64,000 bases of DNA, taken from Neocallimastix sp. 'constans'. Taxonomy: Eukaryota. The stretch lies in contig JBODTK010000125.1 of the NCBI GenBank assembly GCA_050613775.1, forward strand, positions 310,001 through 374,000, given 5' to 3'. A program made the position numbers and the translations under genes. How positions within the stretch are numbered: the first letter of the stretch is position 1; every line of letters begins with the position of its first letter. The notes under the pieces were generated by a model. That model was not told the DNA's origin. It saw only the letters and a program-made list of their open reading frames with translations, and did no database searches. Below are positions 55,301 through 64,000 of the stretch, piece after piece.

Positions 55301-56360
55301 CGAAAATGAAAGGTTTAAATTAATTTTAGAAGCTCATAGTATTGGCCACGAAGGATATTACAAAACATATCAAAGACTTAAGAAAAACTTTTATTGGAAT
55401 CATATGATTAAAGATATCAAAAGAATTGTTAGTAATTGTGAAAAATGCCAGTTAAATCGTCCTCAACCATATCCAGAACCAACCGAAAACCATCCAACTA
55501 AAGTGGAGGGTCCCTTTGTGCATTTAGGATTAGATATTATAGGACCGTTACCAAAAACAAGAAATAATAATCAATATATTATAGTAACTGTTGATTACTT
55601 TACCAAATGGGTTGAAGCCGAACCCACTGAAAACATAATTTCCTCTGATATAATTAAATTTTTAATAAACGTTTTTGCAAGACATGGTGTGCCTCAAGTT
55701 ATTACTACGGATAATGGAGTCCAATTCACTTCTGATATGACTAAAATCTTTCTTGATCTTTATGATGTTTATGTAAAATTCATAGCTACCTATCACCCTG
55801 AATCCAATGGTCTCACTGAAAACCGAAATAAAGAAATGGGAAAATTACTTCGTTTATTAGGAAGGAAAAATCAAGATTGGGATGAAGTTTTACCTTCTGC
55901 TTTATGGGCACTTCGAACTACCAAAAACACAGCTACCGGACATTCTAGTTTTGAATTAGTATATGGAAGAGAAGACCAACAGCCTTATGATATAGCCATA
56001 AGAACAATTGAAAATGCAGGTAAATCGTATGATGAAATTTTAATGGAAAAATTTGTTCGTCATTATCAATGGACTAGAGAAGCATGCGAAAATGTGAAGA
56101 ATGCTAACAAGTATTGGGCAACAAGACGAGAAGAACAAATAAGTATGAAAAAAGGAAAAGAATTAAAAGCTGGTGATCTTGTTCTTGTTAGAAACTTTAG
56201 CCGCACTAAGCTAGAACCATATTACAATGGACCATTTAAAATTTTAAAAATTCAATTCAACACAGCAACCCTAATCGATCAGAAGACTGGAAAGCAACTC
56301 GATAGGAATGTTCACTTTAAAAATTTAGTAAAGTTTAACTCCGCTTACAGAGAAGCTTGA
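52353..56360 (+). CDS. Pol of element A (protease, RT, RNase H, integrase), in the -1 frame relative to gag
   Basis: LIDSCS, WRLCIDYRK, MPFGL, FIDDVLI, RTDASYNGIGGVL, H..GH..C..C, TDNGVQF, NGLTE, GPF. No chromodomain. Confidence 0.93.
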   Translation, partial: KLLNGSRSTPNDKTIASLNNLQNNTFTKNAPIDNNSFNEESEESDFSDTTESEDDIIINAIKRKMNDNNSEKEENNSKKVHKSLKDNPRPFATPALRKKKENELHNKSNKVYKNQILPSILTQPNINKEKQKEKELRNITRVRESKEENNNYSSKGKEKVESEDILVIDNEIEDLEMNKDNQQNKTNTLEKLISTKTKETNNENTQLVKRNIKMMNNKEPYNIMDDLNNLKSSITIGQLLNACPKIRSQLTQGLKLEKSKIIGTVDNVIARTLLVNNYDHSYISKSNEVAEEDLAMVDASVNGVLGKLLIDSCSNLSIVTKQYFDKLPGEYETVGKSRGRIQLATQDEEYSEGIIVRLPVKINNYEFNADFRIIEKEDSFYDMLINFKTQIDHCLFIYPTLNSLCKLLSESEYEEIAKINNQYYDEESIICTIRKVEETNNEKEIIKELTPMEFIDSDEFLSTLNKDYKEQIIKILKEMIDIVATSTEELTPSKLSPHKIRLKANAKPVKLRSYRLTKLKSDILKEELTKLIKKGLIEPSCSEWSSPVVLILKHNGKWRLCIDYRKVNDMTEKDSYSVPYIDEIFDSLGGAKIFTTLDLFSGFHQILMDEESVEVTTFTTKFGNYQFKVMPFGLTGAPSTFQREMNKILFPFIGEFVYVFIDDVLIYSKSIEEHLIHIKQVLEVFKENKLKINIEKCHFLQTKVDVLGHKLTTKGLSPMESKITAIKKWEAPSSIHELRSFLGAIGYYRDFIPKYAQITSPLCKLLKKNTKYEWNKEKQESFELLKEKLINAPILKFPSFDKPFIIRTDASYNGIGGVLLQKEEETGKEHPIHFISRSLKKAEKNYGITDLEGTALFYCMTKFKSYIEGNPLPTTIYTDHKPLVGLFKNKEPLNSRQTRWCLTASMLGINIKYESGKKNVLADALSRMKSKEERKILLTKITNGNNEELLSKVIKEFINEKFTVIDGEDYFIDNGNYRKLITDENERFKLILEAHSIGHEGYYKTYQRLKKNFYWNHMIKDIKRIVSNCEKCQLNRPQPYPEPTENHPTKVEGPFVHLGLDIIGPLPKTRNNNQYIIVTVDYFTKWVEAEPTENIISSDIIKFLINVFARHGVPQVITTDNGVQFTSDMTKIFLDLYDVYVKFIATYHPESNGLTENRNKEMGKLLRLLGRKNQDWDEVLPSALWALRTTKNTATGHSSFELVYGREDQQPYDIAIRTIENAGKSYDEILMEKFVRHYQWTREACENVKNANKYWATRREEQISMKKGKELKAGDLVLVRNFSRTKLEPYYNGPFKILKIQFNTATLIDQKTGKQLDRNVHFKNLVKFNSAYREA

Positions 56361-56378
56361 GTCTTCGTCGGGGCATCT

Positions 56379-56865
56379 TGATAAGAATGTACTAAATAAT
56401 GCATTCTTAATTAAATCTACGATTTATTTCTAATACATTATGTGTACATTATTATTTTTGTACTTTAATAAATTTTTAAATTCAAAGATTAAAAATTAAA
56501 TCAAAAATTATATTAAACTTTATAATTTTATATTAAATCTTATATTAATAGTAATATTTTTATATATTTAAAACTTATATTAGCAATATTAATAATAAAT
56601 CTTACTTTTTTTATTTTTATATTAATAATGAAAATTTGTATTAATAATATTTTTATATATTGATAATTAAAAATTTATATATTATATTTTAACTTTTATT
56701 ATAAAATTTTATATCGAAATGTTTTATTTTATATTGACAAATATTTTATTTTATTAAAAACCTTTATATTAGAATAGTATTTTTATTTTTATTTGAATAT
56801 TTTAACAGATTGTAATAAAAATTTTAGCCAATTAAATAAATTCTTATTAGTAATATTTTAGATAG

Positions 56866-56906
<41 letters not shown>

Positions 56907-57150
56907 TTTTATTAATATTATAAATGTATTTTATTTATATTGTTATAATTAAATTTTATATAATTGATTATAAAAATCAATTTAAATTAAATAGTTTTTA
57001 TAAAAAAAAAAAAAATAAAATGTTTTATTAATATCATAAAATAAAATCAATTAAAATTAATAAAATAAATTTATAAATAAAAATAATAAATAAATAAATA
57101 AAATTTGTGTTACTTACTTTATTTTTATTTAATTCTCTAAAACCTTAACA
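56379..57150 (+). repeat. 3' LTR of element A
   Basis: Copy of 42229-43000. Confidence 0.95.
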
Positions 57151-57999
57151 AACAAAATAAAAATAATTATTAAAATCCTTTCAAAATCATAATTACAATT
57201 AATTGAAAATTAAATTTTTTTATTTAATAAGAAATTCAATATTGAAATTTATTTAATATTTATTGATAGGGTTAGCTTAAAAATATTAAAAAAAAATTTT
57301 TTTTATAAATTTATTTTAAATATTTTTTACTTAATTAAATATTATTAAATAAAATTAAAAGATGTCTTTATTATTATATATTAGTATTATAAAATATTAA
57401 AAATATGAATGTATTGCATTTCTCATTATTTTTATTTTATATTGTAGTAAATTAATAAATAAATAAATAATTTTTATAAAATAAACCAATTATTAAATTA
57501 ATATATTTTTTAAAAATATATTTAATGTATATTTTATATTTTTAATAAATATTCAAATATACATTTTAAATATATATAATGATATTTAAGTATTATAATA
57601 CTTATAAAAGAAAATAATTAATATTTTAAATTATTTCTATCAGGCTTTCTAAAAAAACTTTACTATTTGTAAAAATAGTAATGCTCTTTTTGTTAGTTTA
57701 TTAGATTTGTATAATATAAATATCTAAAATAATTTATTTATTATTTAATAGAAATTTATGTTTAAAAATGTTATTGTTATTATTACTATTACTAAAAAAA
57801 AATTTTAATTTAATATTTATAATTAAATTTTCAAATAATCTTTCCTTATCAAGTTTAATATAATGCTCTTTAGTAAAAAGATTTTTGTATTATATAAAAT
57901 TTATTTAAAATATTAGATAAAAAAATATTAAAAAGGAAATAAGAATTTTAAAAAGAATATTTAAAAATAAAATGAAAAAAATATAGAATGTAATAGTAT

Positions 58000-60900
58000 A
58001 GAAGTACAAGTATATAAAATAAAATAAAATAAATAGTTGAAATATAAATATGAAGTACAGATTGAATAAAATAAAATAAATAGTTGAAATATAAATATGA
58101 AGTACAGAATGAATAAAATAAAATAATAGTTGAAATATAAATATGAAGTACAGATTGAATAAAATAAAATAAAATATATAGTTGAAATAAAAATATGAAG
58201 TACAGATTGAATAAAATAAAATAAAATAAAATAAAATAAAATAAAAATAATATAAATAGTTGAAATATAAATATGAAGTACAGAATGAATAAAATAAAAT
58301 AAATAGTTGAAATATAAATATGAAGTACAGAATGAATAAAATAAAATAAATAGTTGAAATATAAATATAAAGTACAGGATGAATAAAATAAAATTAATAG
58401 TTGAAATATAAATATAAAGTACAGATTGAATAAAATAAAATAAATAGTTGAAATATAAATATGAAATACAGAATGAATAAAATAAAATAAATAGTTGAAA
58501 TATAAATATGAAGTACAGATTGAATAAAATAAAATAAAATAAAATAAAATAAAATAAAATAAAATAAAATAAAATAAAATAAAATAAAATAAAATAAAAT
58601 AAAATAAAATAAAATAAAATAAAATAAAATAAAATAAAATAAAAGAAATAAAATAAAATAAAATAAAATAAAATAAAATAAAAGAAATAAAATAAAATAA
58701 ATAGTGAAGTAATATTAAAGAATAAAGTATTAATAAAAATAAAATAAAATAAAATAAATAGTGAAGTAATATTAAAGAATAAAGTATTAATAAAAATAAA
58801 ATAAAATAAAATAAAATAAAAGAAATAAAATAAAATAAATAGTGAAGTAATATAAAGGAATAAAGTATTAATAAAAATAAAATAAAATAAAATAAAATAA
58901 AATAAAATAAAATAAAAATAATATAAATAGTTGAAATATAAATATGAAGTACAGAATGAATAAAATAAAATAAATAGTTGAAATATAAATATAAAGTACA
59001 GATTGAATAAAATAAAATAAATAGTTGAAATATAAATATGAAGTACAGAATGAATAAAATAAAATAAAATAAATAGTTGAAATATAAATATAAAGTACAG
59101 ATTGAATAAAATAAAATAAATAGTTGAAATATAAATATGAAGTACAGAATGAATAAAATAAAATAAATAGTTGAAATATAAATATAAAGTACAGGATGAA
59201 TAAAATAAAATTAATAGTTGAAATATAAATATAAAGTATAGATTGAATAAAATAAAATAAAATAAATAGTTGAAATAAAAATATGAAGTACAGATTGAAT
59301 AAAATAAAATAAAATAAAATAAAATAAAATAAAATAAAATAAAATAAAATAAAATAAAAGAAATAAAATAAAATAAAATAAAATAAAATAAAATAAAATA
59401 AAATAAAAGAAATAAAATAAAATAAAATAAAATAAAATAAAATAAAAGAAATAAAATAAAATAAATAGTGAAGTAATATTAAAGAATAAAGTATTAATAA
59501 AAATAAAATAAAATAAAATAAATAGTGAAGTAATATTAAAGAATAAAGTATTAATAAAAATAAAATAAAATAAAATAAAATAAAAGAAATAAAATAAAAT
59601 AAATAGTGAAGTAATATAAAGGAATAAAGTATTAATAAAAATAAAATAAAATAAAATAAAATAAAATAAAATAAAATAAAATAAAAATAATATAAATAGT
59701 TGAAATATAAATATGAAGTACAGAATGAATAAAATAAAATAAATAGTTGAAATATAAATATAAAGTACAGATTGAATAAAATAAAATAAATAGTTGAAAT
59801 ATAAATATGAAGTACAGAATGAATAAAATAAAATAAAATAAATAGTTGAAATATAAATATAAAGTACAGATTGAATAAAATAAAATAAATAGTTGAAATA
59901 TAAATATGAAGTACAGAATGAATAAAATAAAATAAATAGTTGAAATATAAATATAAAGTACAGGATGAATAAAATAAAATTAATAGTTGAAATATAAATA
60001 TAAAGTATAGATTGAATAAAATAAAATAAAATAAATAGTTGAAATAAAAATATGAAGTACAGATTGAATAAAATAAAATAAATAGTTGAAATATAAATAT
60101 AAAGTACAGGATGAATAAAATAAAATTAATAGTTGAAATATAAATATAAAGTACAGATTGAATAAAATAAAATAAATAGTTGAAATATAAATATGAAATA
60201 CAGAATGAATAAAATAAAATAAATAGTTGAAATATAAATATGAAGTACAGAATAAATAAAATAAAATAAAATAAAATAAAATAAAATAAAATAAAATAAA
60301 ATAAAATGAATAAATATTGAAATATAAATATGAAGTACAGATTGAATAAAATAAAATAAAATAAAATAAAATAAAATAAAATAAAATAAAATAAAATAAA
60401 ATAAAATAAAATAAAATAAAATAAAATAAAATAAAATAAAATAAAATAAAATAAAATAAAATAAATAAAATAAAATAAAATAAAATAAAATAAAATAAAA
60501 TAAAATAAAATAAAATAAAATAAAATAAAATAAAATAAAATAAAATAAAATAAAATAAAATAAAATAAAATAAAATAAAATAAAATAAAATAAAATAAAA
60601 TAAAATAAAATAAAATAAAAGAAATAAAATAAAATAAAATAAAATAAAATAAAATAAAATAAAAGAAATAAAATAAAATAAAATAAAATAAAATAAAATA
60701 AAATAAAAGAAATAAAATAAAATAAATAGTGAAGTAATATTAAAGAATAAAGTATTAATAAAAATAAAATAAAATAAAATAAATAGTGAAGTAATATTAA
60801 AGAATAAAGTATTAATAAAAATAAGATAAAATAAAATAAAATAAAAGAAATAAAATAAAATAAATAGTGAAGTAATATAAAGGAATAAAGTATTAATAAA

Positions 60901-62800
60901 AATAAAATAAAATAAAATAAAATAAAATAAAATAAAATAAAATAAAATAAAATAAAATAAAATAAAAATAATATAAATAGTTGAAATATAAATATGAAGT
61001 ACAGAATGAATAAAATAAAATAAATAGTTGAAATATAAATATAAAGTACAGATTGAATAAAATAAAATAAATAGTTGAAATATAAATATGAAGTACAGAA
61101 TGAATAAAATAAAATAAAATAAATAGTTGAAATATAAATATAAAGTACAGATTGAATAAAATAAAATAAATAGTTGAAATATAAATATGAAGTACAGAAT
61201 GAATAAAATAAAATAAATAGTTGAAATATAAATATAAAGTACAGGATGAATAAAATAAAATTAATAGTTGAAATATAAATATAAAGTATAGATTGAATAA
61301 AATAAAATAAAATAAATAGTTGAAATAAAAATATGAAGTACAGATTGAATAAAATAAAATAAATAGTTGAAATATAAATATAAAGTACAGGATGAATAAA
61401 ATAAAATTAATAGTTGAAATATAAATATAAAGTACAGATTGAATAAAATAAAATAAATAGTTGAAATATAAATATGAAATACAGAATGAATAAAATAAAA
61501 TAAATAGTTGAAATATAAATATGAAGTACAGATTGAATAAAATAAAATAAAATAAAATAAAATAAAATAAAATAAAATAAAATAAAATAAAATAAAATAA
61601 AATAAAATAAAATAAAATAAAATAAAATGAATAAATATTGAAATATAAATATGAAGTACAGATTGAATAAAATAAAATAAAATAAAATAAAATAAAATAA
61701 AATAAAATAAAATAAAATAAAATAAAATAAATAAAATAAAATAAAATAAAATAAAATAAAATAAAATAAAATAAAATAAAATAAAATAAAATAAAATAAA
61801 ATAAAATAAAATGAATAAATATTGAAATATAAATATGAAGTACAGATTGAATAAAATAAAATAAAATAAAATAAAATAAAATAAAATAAAATAAAATAAA
61901 ATAAAATAAAATAAAATAAAATAAAATAAAATAAAATAAAATAAAATAAAATAAAATAAAATAAAATAAAATAAAATAAAATAAAATAAAATAAAATAAA
62001 ATAAAATAAAATAAAATAAAATAAAAGAAATAAAATAAAATAAAATAAAATAAAATAAAATAAAAGAAATAAAATAAAATAAATAGTGAAGTAATATTAA
62101 AGAATAAAGTATTAATAAAAATAAAATAAAATAAAATAAATAGTGAAGTAATATTAAAGAATAAAGTATTAATAAAAATAAAATAAAATAAAATAAAATA
62201 AAAGAAATAAAATAAAATAAATAGTGAAGTAATATAAAGGAATAAAGTATTAATAAAAATAAAATAAAATAAAATAAAATAAAATAAAATAAAATAAAAT
62301 AAAATAAAATAAAATAAAATAAAATAAAATAAAATAAAATAAAATAAAATAAAATAAAATAAAATAAAATAAAATAAAATAAAATAAATAGTAGAATATT
62401 AAATATAAAGTACAGATTGAATAAAATAAAATAAAATAAAATAAAATAAAATAAAATAAAATAAAATAAAATAAAATAAATAGTGAAGTAATATAAAAGA
62501 ATAAAGTATTAATAAAAATAAAATAAAATAAAATAAAATAAAATAAAATAAAATAAAATAAAATAAAATAAAATAAAATAAAATAAAATAAAATAAAATA
62601 AAATAAAATAAAATAAAAAAATTATTTGAATTATAATAAAAATACAAGTATTAATAAAAATAAAATAAAATAAAACAAAATAAATATTTGAATTATAATA
62701 AAAATACAAGTACTAATAAAATAAAATAAATATGTGAATTATAATAAATTGCAAGTATCAATCGAAATAAAATAAAATAAAATAAAATAAAATAAATATG
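58000..62800. repeat. Compound satellite: (AAAAT)n interleaved with two unit types of about 45 bp
   Basis: Units AGTTGAAATATAAATATGAAGTACAGATTGAAT and AGTGAAGTAATATTAAAGAATAAAGTATTAAT, separated by AAAAT runs and repeated in higher-order blocks. Confidence 0.92.
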
Positions 62801-63719
62801 CAGTGAAATAATAATATATAATATGATAAAATAAAATAAATAAGATATTGATATGAAATTAATATAAAAACTGAATTTAGCAACAAATAAATTATATAAT
62901 AAATAAATGATATAGCATATTCATATATATTAACATGAATTTTATTATAATTTTTACAGTATTTTAAATTAATGTAAATTATTATATTTCCATATAATAA
63001 ACAAACTTTATAATTAGAAAATAGTATAAAAAGAAATATTATTAAATATTATTATTAAATAATTAAATGAATAAATTAATAAATAAATAAAAATTTTCAG
63101 AATATGGCGAATGTAAATCATTATTTTTTTTGAAATATATCACATTTTAAATATTTTTAATAATTATTTTTTCAAAGAAATTATATGTGCCATTTTATTT
63201 TAATATTTAAATATTATATTCATAAATAAAAATTTATAAAAAAAATAATATAAGCCACATTCCGAAATGAAAATTTATGTAAAAATATTTAAAGCCACAT
63301 TCCGAAACGCACCACCCCCGTTTTTCATAATATGGCATTAATATTATTGTAAGTCGACGTCATAAATTTTTTTAATATTTTTTTTATACGAATAAATAAT
63401 TATTATCAGATTTAGAAATAAATAAAAACTGTATTAACTATTAGAAAATAAAATGTTTAAAATATTTAATATAAATTTATCTAAAACCAAATAATTAAAT
63501 TTAAATAATAAAAATATTAAAATATTTATAAAAAATAATTAAATATAATTAATAAAATAATTAAAAATAAATAATAAATAATTAATAATTAAATATAAAT
63601 AATTGTAATTTTATAAATATTTTAAAAATAAATTTATTATTTCCCAATAAGGATTTATTGAAAAATTATTTAAAAAATTTAATATTAAATATACAAAAAG
63701 AAATAATACATCATTCTTA

Positions 63720-63868
63720 GAACTATTACAGGATACTTTGATGCTTATTACGTTGGCTATTTAATTGATAGAAATCAACTTCTGGTTATATTATCATGCT
63801 TGGAAATTCACCTTTGATTTTCTAAAAAACAAGCAAGTTGCTACTTCTACTGCGAAGCTGAATAAATG
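63720..63868 (+). mobile_element. Degenerate Ty1/Copia RNase H fragment
   Basis: Frameshifted ITGYFDA..DR/STSGYIIMLGNSP/SKKQ/VATST/EAE matches the Copia pattern GYSDADW..DRKSTSGY..WxSKKQ..VAxSTxEAE. Confidence 0.7.
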
Positions 63869-64000
63869 AATGTAATATAACATTAATTAAATATTAAATC
63901 TAGAGTCAAGCTACAAAAAATATAAGTATATAAAAAAAATTTTAAATAAGCACTTTTATTGTTAGAATATATATAAATGAGATTAATGAAATAAAATGTA

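Larger units (their letters stand above)
42229..57150 (+). mobile_element. Ty3/Gypsy LTR retrotransposon A, interrupted by element B
   Basis: 772-bp LTRs at 42229-43000 and 56379-57150, TG...CA, no difference seen by eye. 4-bp TSD AACA at 42225-42228 and 57151-57154. PBS at 43007. gag plus pol in PR-RT-RH-IN order. Confidence 0.95.
39818..63319 (+). mobile_element. Mutator-like (MULE) DNA transposon, 23.5 kb including nested insertions
   Basis: TIRs GGGGAGAGCGCGTTTCGGAA vs revcomp right end GGGGGTGGTGCGTTTCGGAA (16/20). Exact 9-bp TSD GTTTTTCAT at 39809-39817 and 63320-63328. Subterminal AAGCCACAT motifs. Internal MULE transposase. Confidence 0.9.

Noticed and set aside
58000..62800. CRISPR-like or telomeric array
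   Set aside because: Spacers are only AAAAT runs, there is no G-rich telomere unit, and the array is bounded by the MULE right TIR.
39818..63319. Fanzor/TnpB or other RNA-guided nuclease cargo in the MULE
   Set aside because: No RuvC or zinc-ribbon ORF is visible. The GC-rich segment after the transposase is explained by the SINE and its TSD.

Overview
Very AT-rich, intron-containing eukaryotic DNA. Gene content and style suggest an anaerobic gut fungus (Neocallimastigomycota); this is an inference. The left 39 kb holds host genes: PEX5 (-), MPP10 (+), a PARN-type deadenylase ending in a CaaX box (-), a secreted GH114 (+), an AMPK/MARK-like kinase (-) and a secreted Cys-rich protein (-). It also holds a decayed scaffoldin-like gene, a LINE remnant, another decayed gene and a Mutator-type MITE. 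The right 24 kb is one four-level nest with a target-site duplication (TSD) readable at every level. (1) A Mutator (MULE) transposon spans 39818-63319 (9-bp TSD GTTTTTCAT). (2) A tRNA-headed SINE (41762-42210, 15-bp TSD) sits in the last codons of its transposase. (3) Ty3/Gypsy element A (42229-57150, 4-bp TSD, tRNA-Ala-type PBS, -1 frameshift site) starts 18 bp upstream of the SINE tRNA head, the Ty3-like Pol III start-site position. (4) A self-priming chromovirus B (43319-50333, 5-bp TSD) splits the structured leader of A. The MULE also carries about 4.8 kb of compound satellite. All calls were made by eye; no searches were run.
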